Origin: Alphaproteobacteria bacterium
GTDB lineage: Bacteria > Pseudomonadota > Alphaproteobacteria > CAAGCB01 > CAG-977
Assembly: GCA_900768845.1 (NCBI GenBank)
Contig: CAAGEK010000020.1
Coordinates: 14,011-78,010 of the forward strand
Reading direction: 5' to 3'
Length of the DNA: 64,000 bases
Numbering within the stretch: the first letter of the stretch is position 1; the number at the start of each line of letters is the position of its first letter. The notes under the pieces were generated by a model that made no database searches, was not told where the DNA came from, and was given only the letters and a program-made list of their open reading frames with translations. Below are positions 29,648-38,436 of the stretch, in pieces. A program made the position numbers and the translations under genes.

Positions 29648-31066
29648 ATGGTTTTTTCCAAGGACGCGAACACGGATTCCCCTTTCGCCGTAAAACCGAA
29701 AGAAAAAGGAAAGCGGCTGTTTTTCCTCGCCCTTTCGGTTTTCGTCGTTTCCCTTGCGGCGGCGGGAGCGGCGGGATGGGACGTTTATCAAAAAAATAAA
29801 AAGCCTTTTTCGGCTTTTACGATAACGTCCCCGTTTTTGCGTTCCGAAAAAGCCCTGATCAATCCGCAACCCATGTTCCGGCAGGATGACGGCCCCGCAT
29901 CTCCGACACTGGCGGATTCGTTCAAAGGACAATCCAAAACGGCCGAAGAAAAACTTGCCGGACCGAAAAACATCGATGAAGCGTTGAAATCGGCCATGTT
30001 GAATTTTCCTCCGCAACAGGAAATCGACGACAAGGCTTCCATAAAGGAAAATCCGGATCTGCCGATGGCCGACGCTCCCGAATCCGGCGATCCCGCCCCC
30101 GAAAAGGAACGCGTCATCGACATCGGGGACGAATTCGGCCTGCGCCGTCCGCCTTTGCCGCGCCCCGATCTCGTTTCAAGCGAAGGATTTACCGCGTCTT
30201 TGCCGAAATTCAATAAAATCAAGGACGCCCACCATTCCGGCGTAATCGCTTTGGACATCATAAACCCCGTGGAAGAATTGCAGGAGGAATCGCGCTACGG
30301 AAAAATCCCCGTCAAATCGGAAAACGGGGAAACGCCTTATCAAACTTATGCGCGCCCGTATGAAGAAACGCCTCCTTCGCCTTTCATCGCCGTTTTGATT
30401 TCCGGATTGGGAATGCGCAAAAACACGACGACGGCGGCTTTGTATGCTTTAAAACCGGAAGTTTCCCTCTCATTCAGCCCCTATTCCGAACAATTGGGAA
30501 ATTATGTGTCCGAAGCCCGCAAATCCGGTCATGAAACGCTTTTGGATCTGCCGATGCAACAAGGCGTGTTTCCCGAAACCGATCCGGGGCCGTTGGGATT
30601 GGTATCGGGGTTGCCCGAAAAGGAAAACAGGAAACGTTTGCACAGGACGTTGGGCAAGGATGTCGCCTACATCGGCGTCAGCGCATCGCCCGAGGAAACT
30701 TTTTCTTTCAAAACGAATCAAATGGGGGCGTTCGCCAAAGAAATCCGCGATCGGGGATTGATTTACATCGACGGGACGGACGACGCCGACCTGCCGCTGT
30801 ATTCGGGGGCTTTGCGGCCGGACGTGCATATTACCGACCATTTCTACCGCTCCGCCATCCGGACTCAATTGGAATATGCGGAAAAAACGGCCAAAAAAAA
30901 GGGATACGCCTTCGTCCGTGCGGAAACGGCTCCGATTGTTTTGCTGTGCATACAGGAATGGATGGATTCCTTCGTTCCCAAAGACAAAGACGGCGAACGC
31001 GTTCCTGAAATCACATTCGTTCCTCTTTCCTATTACGCCACGGAGGTTTTAAAAACGCGAAAATGA
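29648..31066 (+). CDS. Divergent polysaccharide deacetylase (YibQ-like) with ~230-aa N-terminal extension and TM anchor
   Basis: C-terminal half FIAVLISGLGMRKNTTTAALYALKPEVSLSFSPYSEQLGNYVSEARKSGHETLLDLPMQ matches the YibQ family. N-terminal TM plus a proline/acidic linker. Confidence 0.7.
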   Translation: MVFSKDANTDSPFAVKPKEKGKRLFFLALSVFVVSLAAAGAAGWDVYQKNKKPFSAFTITSPFLRSEKALINPQPMFRQDDGPASPTLADSFKGQSKTAEEKLAGPKNIDEALKSAMLNFPPQQEIDDKASIKENPDLPMADAPESGDPAPEKERVIDIGDEFGLRRPPLPRPDLVSSEGFTASLPKFNKIKDAHHSGVIALDIINPVEELQEESRYGKIPVKSENGETPYQTYARPYEETPPSPFIAVLISGLGMRKNTTTAALYALKPEVSLSFSPYSEQLGNYVSEARKSGHETLLDLPMQQGVFPETDPGPLGLVSGLPEKENRKRLHRTLGKDVAYIGVSASPEETFSFKTNQMGAFAKEIRDRGLIYIDGTDDADLPLYSGALRPDVHITDHFYRSAIRTQLEYAEKTAKKKGYAFVRAETAPIVLLCIQEWMDSFVPKDKDGERVPEITFVPLSYYATEVLKTRK

Positions 31067-31542
31067 CGGAAAAACTCTATCGTCCCAACGCCGGCATCAT
31101 GCTGATGAATAAAAACGGCAAGATTTTTGCGGCTCATCGTTGTGATTCGCGAAGAAAAGCATGGCAAATGCCTCAGGGCGGCATCAACAAGGGCGAAGAT
31201 CCTTTGGACGCGGCGAAACGCGAACTGTTTGAAGAAACCGGCGTCCGTTCCGTTTCCCTGATTGCGGAAAGCACACGGTGGTATGCTTATGATTTTCCCG
31301 CCGACGTAACGTTTGTCAGTGAAAAGAAAAAATCTTTCGCCGGACAGACTCAAAAATGGTTTTTGTTCCTGTTTGAAGGCGACGAACAGGAAATCAACCT
31401 GAACCGCCCTCATCCGGAATTCGACCGGTGGCGATGGGAAGACGCGGAAAATATGCCCGAGCTGATCGTCGAATTTAAAAAGGACGTGTACCGTCAGGTC
31501 GTCGAGGAATTCATGCCTTTCATCGATGCGTACCGTTCTTGA
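31063..31542 (+). CDS. rppH: RNA pyrophosphohydrolase (NUDIX)
   Basis: NUDIX box GGINKGEDPLDAAKRELFEETGV. ATGA overlap with the upstream gene. Confidence 0.8.
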   Translation: MTEKLYRPNAGIMLMNKNGKIFAAHRCDSRRKAWQMPQGGINKGEDPLDAAKRELFEETGVRSVSLIAESTRWYAYDFPADVTFVSEKKKSFAGQTQKWFLFLFEGDEQEINLNRPHPEFDRWRWEDAENMPELIVEFKKDVYRQVVEEFMPFIDAYRS

Positions 31543-31638
31543 AATCCGGTATTTTCCGTAAAAGGTTTCAAAAGCGGATTGACGCCCGCAAAAATTTATA
31601 CGAACTTATAAAAAATAAACGGTAAGGAGAAAATCATC

Positions 31639-32296
31639 ATGACAAAATCAGGAAAAGCAGTCGTCATATTTCTGACGTGGGCTTTAACGGGATGCGCCGC
31701 CGTACGAAATTATCAAACAGCGACATTCGCCTCTTTGAACATTATCCCCGATACGGTAACCGCGGACGTCAATTTTTTTTGAAAAGGGCGAAGATTTTCA
31801 AAAGAAACGCAGAAGGGAGCTGAACGGACGTTATTTTTATGACAAATTTCTGGCCGATGAACTCATCAAGCGTATGGAAAAAAGAGGATGGAAACGGGCT
31901 TCGGACAAGAATGCCGAATATGCTTTGAATATCAGCCTTACCGATGAAGAGTCGGATTCCGCCGGCATTGTTACCTATTTCAAAGGCATTGTTTACGCTT
32001 TGTACAAAACAAAAGACCGCCCTCCCGTCATCATGGGGGGAATCGCCAATGATTCTTCCGATCTTCATGATTTGGACTTTATCAACGAAGCCCTGCCCAT
32101 CATTGACAAAGAAATACAATCGAAAAACGCCTATCAAAGACACTTATGGACTTGTTCCGACAACCGGAACGGAGCTTCCCGCACCGAATGTTACATGGAA
32201 GAAATCAACCCCGATTTTCCGTCCGAGTATATTGAAATAAAAAATATGAACTATTTAAAAACGCGCTTGGTTTCCGAACCGAACCGGTTTTTTTGA
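31639..32296 (+). pseudogene. Lipoprotein gene interrupted by a frameshift at a poly-T(8) tract (47-aa lipoprotein ORF 31639-31782 continues in the +1 frame to 32296); candidate phase-variable gene
   Basis: AAGGAGA RBS and lipobox LTGCAAV. Reading through with 7 instead of 8 T's joins ...DVNFF to EKGEDFQKKRRRELNGRYFYDKFLADELIKRMEKRGWKRASDKNAEY... (listed ORF 31874..32296) without any stop. Confidence 0.65.
31773..31780 (+). repeat. Homopolymeric T(8) tract at the frameshift point of the lipoprotein gene
   Basis: TTTTTTTT inside the coding sequence; a length change of -1 (or +2) restores the long reading frame. Confidence 0.8.
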
Positions 32297-32438
32297 AAAA
32301 CGCACCGCAAACCTTTTTTGACGGGAGCGGAAGTTTTGTTTCAAACCGAAGCTGTTTTCCGCCGCGGACGCTTATGTATTCCGTTTTTGCCCGTTTTGTC
32401 TTATACTAAGGAAAACAGTGCCGGAATCGAAGTTTTAA

Positions 32439-33164
32439 ATGACAAAACAAGAACGGAAAAATATCGATTTCATATTTGAACAATGCCCCGAATTGTTGTC
32501 AACGGGCAGCAAAGAGCAGTATGCCCGATATGTAAAAACCATATTTCCATCAAGCTCTACACATTCGATATTTTTTCACGGCGGCAGGAAAGGTATCGAA
32601 AAATTCATCGCCCCCTCGGATAAGGACGCTTTTAAAAAGAACAAAGGCGTTCACAGCGGAACAAAAGATTACGGCATTTATTTCACTGCGGATAAATCTT
32701 TGGCGAAAAATTACGCGAAGGGACATCCGAAAAACAACCGCCGGATTTATGCGGTCGTGCTGAATATGCAAAATCCGCTTAAAACGGATGCGTGGTTCGC
32801 TTTGAACATCCGGCGGGCTTTAGGGGATAAAAGCGTGTTCAATCCGCAAAGCATCACACAGGACGATTACGACAGATTCATCGCCCCGCAAAATCACGAC
32901 AGCGTTTTATGGCACGGAGAAAAAGGCGAGGCCGTCGTTTTCGATCCTGAACAGATTCATATTCTGGGATCCGGAAAAGACGTAAGAATGTTCGGAAAAT
33001 GGGTTGAAATTCAAGAACGGCTTGCCGGAAAAAAACGCGAGGCGTTTTCCTTAAAACCGTTTTCTCCGAAAGAAACCGTGCAAGAAACGGCGCGTCCGGC
33101 GTGTCGGGACATCCCTTCTTCAAGCGTATTGAATCTGCTTCGCCGAAAAAGGCAAAACGGCTGA
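32439..33164 (+). CDS. Stand-alone PARP-like (H-Y-E type) ADP-ribosyltransferase catalytic domain protein
   Basis: FFHGG (His47), DYGIYFTADKSLAKNYA (Tyr81, Tyr92; compare PARP GKGIYFADMVSKSANY) and GEAVVFDP (Glu164; compare PARP NEYIVYD). His-to-Tyr and Tyr-to-Tyr spacings (34 and 11) match PARP1. No signal peptide. Confidence 0.6.
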   Translation: MTKQERKNIDFIFEQCPELLSTGSKEQYARYVKTIFPSSSTHSIFFHGGRKGIEKFIAPSDKDAFKKNKGVHSGTKDYGIYFTADKSLAKNYAKGHPKNNRRIYAVVLNMQNPLKTDAWFALNIRRALGDKSVFNPQSITQDDYDRFIAPQNHDSVLWHGEKGEAVVFDPEQIHILGSGKDVRMFGKWVEIQERLAGKKREAFSLKPFSPKETVQETARPACRDIPSSSVLNLLRRKRQNG

Positions 33165-33283
33165 TTTTCGCGCCGCCATCCTTTTCAAAATCCGTTGTAT
33201 CCTCAACGGCCAGTCGTCTAAAGCCGTTCCAATGGAACGCACCGGCATACCCCGTTTTTTCCCTTTATGCGCCTGTTTTTTTC

Positions 33284-33874
33284 TCAAATGCGGGCGCGCA
33301 ATGCCGCTTGAATCGTGCCGTCGTCCAGATAATCCAATTCCCCTCCGACGGGAATCCCGCGGGCAAGGGATGAAATCTTCACGTTTTTCCCCTGCATCCG
33401 TTCGGAAATGTAATGTCCCGTCGTCTGACCGTCGACGGTGGCGGGCAAAGCCAAAATCAATTCGACGGATTCCATGGTGCGAATCCTGTTTTCCAAGACC
33501 TGCAAGTGCAAATCGTCCGGCCCCGTCCCTTCAATCGGCGACAACAGCCCGCCCAAAACGTGATACCTGCCGCGAAACGCCCCCGAACGTTCCATCGCCC
33601 ACAAATCGGACACGTCGCGAACAATGCAAATGACGTTTTCATCACGGCGGACGTCCGAACATATCGAACACGGATCGTATGTGTCCAAATTACCGCAAAC
33701 GGAACACGTTTTTACGTTCGCCAACACGTCTTCCATTGCGGCGACCAGCGGAACCAAATGCGTTTCACGCTTTTTGATCAGATACAAAGCCGCACGGCGC
33801 GCCGAACGGGAACCGAGCCCCGGCAGTCGGGACAACAGCTTTATCAGCGTTTCAATTTCCGTGCCGCTCAACAC
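33284..33874 (-). CDS. recR: Recombination protein RecR
   Basis: C4 zinc finger CSVCGNLDTYDPCSIC, Toprim region, 196 aa. Confidence 0.9.
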   Translation of the reverse strand: MLSGTEIETLIKLLSRLPGLGSRSARRAALYLIKKRETHLVPLVAAMEDVLANVKTCSVCGNLDTYDPCSICSDVRRDENVICIVRDVSDLWAMERSGAFRGRYHVLGGLLSPIEGTGPDDLHLQVLENRIRTMESVELILALPATVDGQTTGHYISERMQGKNVKISSLARGIPVGGELDYLDDGTIQAALRARI

Positions 33875-33886
33875 TCGCCCCCTTTG

Positions 33887-34186
33887 TTAAAAAGGCAGAC
33901 CGAAACCGCCCGTCACGGACTTCATTTCCTCGCCCAGACGCTCTTCGGATTTTCCGCGTGCGTCGTTAAACGCGGCGACCAGCAAATCTTCCAGAACGCC
34001 GACGTCGTCCGTCAAAGAAGGATCGATCGAAACTTTTTTCACAACGCCGCGACACGTCATGACAACCTGAACAAGTCCGCCGCCCGAATTTCCCGTCACC
34101 TCGATTTTTGCGGCTTCGTCCTGTTTGGACATTAAAACCTGTTGCATTTCCTTTGCTTTTTTCAACAGCTCGTTAAAATCGGGCAT
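33887..34186 (-). CDS. ybaB: Nucleoid-associated protein YbaB/EbfC
   Basis: MPDFNELLKKAKEMQQ... ~100 aa, start at the internal Met of the listed ORF. Lies between dnaX and recR. Confidence 0.85.
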   Translation of the reverse strand: MPDFNELLKKAKEMQQVLMSKQDEAAKIEVTGNSGGGLVQVVMTCRGVVKKVSIDPSLTDDVGVLEDLLVAAFNDARGKSEERLGEEMKSVTGGFGLPF

Positions 34187-34187
34187 T

Positions 34188-35909
34188 TCATTCCTCCTCA
34201 TCGTGTAAAACCGGCATATCACCGTCATCCGCTTCGGGCAAATCGACTTCGATACCCTTTTGCAAGCGGATCGTGTCAATGCGCGCCGCCGGAAAAGTTT
34301 TGATCACCGCCGTAACCAAAGGATGCACCGACAGGGCTTTCCTTAAATTCTCTTCATTTTTTTTGGCTTCCTGCACCAAAGTCATTCCGCCGGCACGGTT
34401 GACGACGGAAACCACCCAGCGTCTTCCCGTCCATTCCGAAAGCTTTTCCGTCAGTTCGCCCGCCAAATTCGCAGGAGCCTTTTCCAGCGGATAAAAATCG
34501 ATGCGGCCGAATTCGAAATGAACGATACTGACATAGTTTTCCAAATTGAACGCCAGCATCATCTCGTTTTGCTTATACGCATACGCGACGACATCCGCCA
34601 AAGAATTCAAACGGGGCTGGCTTTTGGAAACGGCCGGCGACGGGACGGACAACCCGCCCGCGGCGGCGCGGATCCCGCTCCAATCGGATTGCGCCGGCGC
34701 GCCGGAAGACGATGCGGGGGAAGAAGACGGAAGCGACGCCGGCATTTTTCCCGAACGCAACGATCCGACAACCTCCGCCGGCGAAGGCAGATCCGCCGCA
34801 TACGCCAGACGGATCAGCAACATTTCCGCGGCCTGCTTTGCGGAAGGGGCGGTCTGCGTTTCGGAAACGCCCTTTAACAGCATTTGCCATGTACGGGTCA
34901 AAACCGGCATTGACAGCTTTTTTGAAAGCTCCGCCCCGCGCTCCCTTTCGGAAGCGGCCATTGACGGGTCGTCCGCCAGTTCGGGGGCGATTTTCGTCCG
35001 CGTCAGCCAATGCGTCAAATCCAGCAAATCCTGCAAAACGACCAAAGGATCGGCTCCCGACGCATACTGTGCGCCGAATTGTTCCAACGCCGCCTTGATG
35101 TCGCCCTGCATCACCCGTTCAAACAAATCGAATATGGCGGCGCGGTCGGCCAGACCGATCATCGCACGCACGAATTCCGCCGTCACGTTGCCGCCGCCGT
35201 GCGCAATCGCCTGATCCAACAAAGACAAACCGTCGCGCACGGAACCGTCCGCGGCTCGCGCAATCAAACGCAAAGCCTCCTCTTCGGCCTGCAACCCCTC
35301 TTTTTCAATGATGCCGGCGAAATGGGCTGCCAGCTCGTCAACTTCGACGCGGCGCAGGTCGAAACGCTGGCAACGCGACAGAACCGTCGTCGGCACTTTA
35401 CGGATTTCCGTCGTCGCAAAAATGAATTTGACGCGTTCGGGCGGTTCTTCCAACGTTTTCAAAAGCGCGTTGAACGCCTGCTTCGTCAACATATGGACTT
35501 CGTCGATGATGTAGATTTTAAAACGGGCGGACGTCGGGTTGTAACGCGTCGTTTCAATGATTTCGCGCACATTGTCAACACCCGTGTTGGACGCCGCGTC
35601 GATTTCAATGACGTCGACATGGCGGTCTTCCGCAATCGCCCTGCAATGTTCGCAAACGCCGCACGGCTCGGTCGTCATGCCGCCTTTTCCGTCCGGACCG
35701 ACACAGTTCAACGCACGGGCGATGATACGCGCCGAAGTCGTTTTGCCCACGCCGCGAATGCCGGTCAGGATGTATGCTTGAGCCAAACGTCCGGTGTCAA
35801 TCGCATTTTTCAACGTCCTGACAAGGGCTTCCTGACCGATCAGGTCGGCAAAGGTCGTCGGACGGTATTTCCGCGCCAACACGCGGTATTTCTTATCGGT
35901 ATCGGTCAT
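34188..35909 (-). CDS. dnaX: DNA polymerase III subunits gamma/tau
   Basis: AAA+ clamp-loader motifs GIRGVGKTTSARIIARALNC, zinc module CGVCEHC, SRC/IIDEVHML, 573 aa. Confidence 0.9.
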   Translation of the reverse strand: MTDTDKKYRVLARKYRPTTFADLIGQEALVRTLKNAIDTGRLAQAYILTGIRGVGKTTSARIIARALNCVGPDGKGGMTTEPCGVCEHCRAIAEDRHVDVIEIDAASNTGVDNVREIIETTRYNPTSARFKIYIIDEVHMLTKQAFNALLKTLEEPPERVKFIFATTEIRKVPTTVLSRCQRFDLRRVEVDELAAHFAGIIEKEGLQAEEEALRLIARAADGSVRDGLSLLDQAIAHGGGNVTAEFVRAMIGLADRAAIFDLFERVMQGDIKAALEQFGAQYASGADPLVVLQDLLDLTHWLTRTKIAPELADDPSMAASERERGAELSKKLSMPVLTRTWQMLLKGVSETQTAPSAKQAAEMLLIRLAYAADLPSPAEVVGSLRSGKMPASLPSSSPASSSGAPAQSDWSGIRAAAGGLSVPSPAVSKSQPRLNSLADVVAYAYKQNEMMLAFNLENYVSIVHFEFGRIDFYPLEKAPANLAGELTEKLSEWTGRRWVVSVVNRAGGMTLVQEAKKNEENLRKALSVHPLVTAVIKTFPAARIDTIRLQKGIEVDLPEADDGDMPVLHDEEE

Positions 35910-35951
35910 TTTTTTTCAAACGCGGGGCTTTATGCGGAAATAAAATAAAAA

Positions 35952-36043
35952 GGAAACCGGATGACGACCCGTTCCGAACCGTTACGGCTGCTTTCTTCCG
36001 AACCTGACCGGATTGGCGGCGGGAACGCCCGCTCCGATTTCCC
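35952..36043 (-). ncRNA. ffs: Signal recognition particle RNA (4.5S RNA, ffs), small type
   Basis: Minus strand contains the domain IV consensus GGUCAGGUUCGGAAGAAAGCAGCC within an extended hairpin (5' GGAAAUCGGAGCGGG ... 3' CGGGUCGUCAUCCGGUUUCC). Immediately upstream of dnaX as in many bacteria. Ends are approximate. Confidence 0.65.
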
Positions 36044-36212
36044 GTCTTTTATTTATATTTATTTTGTACGGTTTGGCAAGAAGAACTTTGCAGACTTAAA
36101 AAAAAGACTCCGAAACGCACGGCATTCCGCCGTTTTTTCATCAACGCTTGACATTTGCGCCAAGTTCTGTTTTTCCTGTTTCACAATTCAATTTCTTGGA
36201 GATGCAAACAGT

Positions 36213-37154
36213 ATGGCTCAAGCTATCGTTTTCCCCGGACAGGGGTCTCAGGCCGTCGGAATGGGCAAGGAACTGGCAGACGCGTTCACAATCGCCCGCG
36301 AAGTCTTTTTGGAAGTCGACGACGCCCTTTCTCAGAATTTAAGCAAACTGATGTTCGACGGCCCCGCCGAAGAATTGCAGCTGACCGAAAACGCCCAGCC
36401 CGCTTTGATGGCCGTCAGCATGGCGGTCGTCCGCATTCTTCAGCACGAAGGAAAAATCGTTCTGGCCGACAGGTTCGCTTTCGGCGCGGGACATTCCTTG
36501 GGCGAATATTCCGCTTTGTGCGCGGCCGGAGCGTTTGACGTAACGACGGCCGCCCGTTTGCTCAGAACCCGCGGACAGGCCATGCAAAAAGCCGTTCCCG
36601 TCGGACAGGGCGGCATGGCGGCTTTAATCGGCGTCGACCTGCCTTTGGCTCAGGAAATCGCGGAACAAGCCGCTCGGGGCGACGTTTGCGTCGCGGCGAA
36701 CGACAACGCCCCCGGACAGGTCGTCATCAGCGGCACGGCGGCGGCGATCGACCGCGCCGTTGAAATCGCCGCGGCAAAAGGCGTTAAACGCGCCGTCAAA
36801 CTGGCCGTCAGCGCGCCGTTCCACAGCCCGTTGATGCAACCCGCCGCCGATGCGATGGCCGAAGCGTTGGCCGGCGTCGAAATTCACGCCCCCCGCTTCC
36901 CGATTATCGCAAACGTAACGGCGGCTCCCGTTTCCGATCCGGAGGAAATCCGCCGTTTGCTGGTGGCTCAGGTCACGGGATCCGTCCGTTGGCGCGAAAG
37001 CATGCTGTATTTGCAATCGCAGGGCGTCGATACGCTGGTTGAAGCCGGTTCGGGCAAAGTCCTGACGGGCATGGCGAAGCGCATCCACCCAGAATTGAAG
37101 GGAATCGCCTTAAATTCCGTCGCGGATATTGAAGAATATCTGAAAACGAACTAA
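36213..37154 (+). CDS. fabD: Malonyl CoA-acyl carrier protein transacylase
   Basis: MAQAIVFPGQGSQAVGMG...GHSLGEYSAL. Start at the internal ATG 36213 (the listed ORF extends upstream over the SRP RNA). Confidence 0.9.
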   Translation: MAQAIVFPGQGSQAVGMGKELADAFTIAREVFLEVDDALSQNLSKLMFDGPAEELQLTENAQPALMAVSMAVVRILQHEGKIVLADRFAFGAGHSLGEYSALCAAGAFDVTTAARLLRTRGQAMQKAVPVGQGGMAALIGVDLPLAQEIAEQAARGDVCVAANDNAPGQVVISGTAAAIDRAVEIAAAKGVKRAVKLAVSAPFHSPLMQPAADAMAEALAGVEIHAPRFPIIANVTAAPVSDPEEIRRLLVAQVTGSVRWRESMLYLQSQGVDTLVEAGSGKVLTGMAKRIHPELKGIALNSVADIEEYLKTN

Positions 37155-37196
37155 AATCCGTTCCCGCAACTTCAAACTTATTAAGGAAACACGTTA

Positions 37197-37934
37197 ATGT
37201 TGGATTTCACAGGTAAATGCGCTCTGGTCACCGGAGCGACGGGCGGTATCGGCCGCGTGGTCGTCAAAACGTTGCATGACAACGGCGCGACGGTCATTCT
37301 GACCGATATGAATCAGGAAGCGTTGGACGCTTTCGCCGCCGAATTGAAAGAAAGGGTTTTCGCTTTTTCCTGCAATTTGAGCGATCCTTCCGATATAGAC
37401 GCTCTGATCGCCAAGTCGGAAAAAGCCGCCGGAGCCATTGACATTCTGATCAACAACGCCGGATTGACCAAAGACAATCTGTTCATGCGCATGAAGGACG
37501 AAGATTGGGATTTGGTTTTGAAAGTCAACTTGACCGCGGGATTCCGTCTGGCTCGCGCCGCCATCAAAGGCATGATGAAACGCCGTTACGGCCGTATCGT
37601 CAGCATGGCTTCGATCGTCGGCGTCACGGGCAACCCCGGACAGGCGAACTATTCGGCTTCCAAAGCGGGCTTGATCGCCATGACGAAATGTCTGGCCGCC
37701 GAAGTCGCATCACGCGGCATTACGGCGAACTGCGTCGCCCCGGGCTTTATCAAAACGGCCATGACGGACGCTTTGCCCGAAGAAGCGAAGGAAAAATTAA
37801 CCCGCAACATTCCGATGGCTCGCCTCGGCCTGCCTCAGGACGTTGCAAACGCCGTCGCTTTTCTGGCCAGCGACGAAGCATCGTACATCACCGGTCAAAC
37901 CATTCATGTGAACGGCGGTATGGCGATGATTTAA
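37197..37934 (+). CDS. fabG: 3-oxoacyl-ACP reductase
   Basis: SDR with TGATGGIGR, NAG, YSASKAG. Sits between fabD and acpP. Confidence 0.9.
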   Translation: MLDFTGKCALVTGATGGIGRVVVKTLHDNGATVILTDMNQEALDAFAAELKERVFAFSCNLSDPSDIDALIAKSEKAAGAIDILINNAGLTKDNLFMRMKDEDWDLVLKVNLTAGFRLARAAIKGMMKRRYGRIVSMASIVGVTGNPGQANYSASKAGLIAMTKCLAAEVASRGITANCVAPGFIKTAMTDALPEEAKEKLTRNIPMARLGLPQDVANAVAFLASDEASYITGQTIHVNGGMAMI

Positions 37935-38104
37935 CGGCGTTCTTTCCCCGAAAGGGAAAAATACCGTCAAAAACAATCCCTTTTTTTGCAAAATCCGACT
38001 TCTAAGACTGGAAAAAGCAAAAAAAGCGTGATATAGAATAAACTTTCTTGAGGTGGGAAAACCCTGCGGGGTCGGAACACTTTAGTTTAACAGAGGAACA
38101 CAAA

Positions 38105-38338
38105 ATGAGTGATATTGCCGAACGCGTAAAGAAAATTGTCATCGAACACTTGGGCGTCGAACCCGCCAAGGTTACGGACAGCTCCAGCTTCATCGACGAT
38201 CTGGGTGCCGACAGCCTTGACACCGTCGAACTGGTCATGGCGTTTGAAGAAGAATTCTCCGTCGAAATCCCCGACGATGCCGCGGAAAAGATTCTGACGG
38301 TTCAGGATGCAATCGACTACATCAGCAAGCATTCTTAA
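38105..38338 (+). CDS. acpP: Acyl carrier protein
   Basis: [12 protein letters not shown]...[14 protein letters not shown] phosphopantetheine site, 78 aa. Confidence 0.9.
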   Translation: MSDIAERVKKIVIEHLGVEPAKVTDSSSFIDDLGADSLDTVELVMAFEEEFSVEIPDDAAEKILTVQDAIDYISKHS

Positions 38339-38436
38339 TATTTCCGTTTCCGTGCCGGTTTCCCGAATTCGGGGAATCGGCACTTCTTCAATCTAAAAGC
38401 GATAAAACCGCTTTTATACACATCTGAGGTCGAGTT

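Noticed and set aside
34518-35214. Several + strand ORFs (119-222 aa, Arg/Ala/Gly-rich) inside the dnaX locus
   Set aside because: They are antisense frames of the GC-rich tau-subunit linker region. DnaX motifs on the minus strand explain the sequence.
36140-36212. Possible TTGACA-type promoter for fabD (TTGACA at about 36150)
   Set aside because: No convincing -10 element at proper spacing could be identified by eye, so the call is left out rather than asserted.
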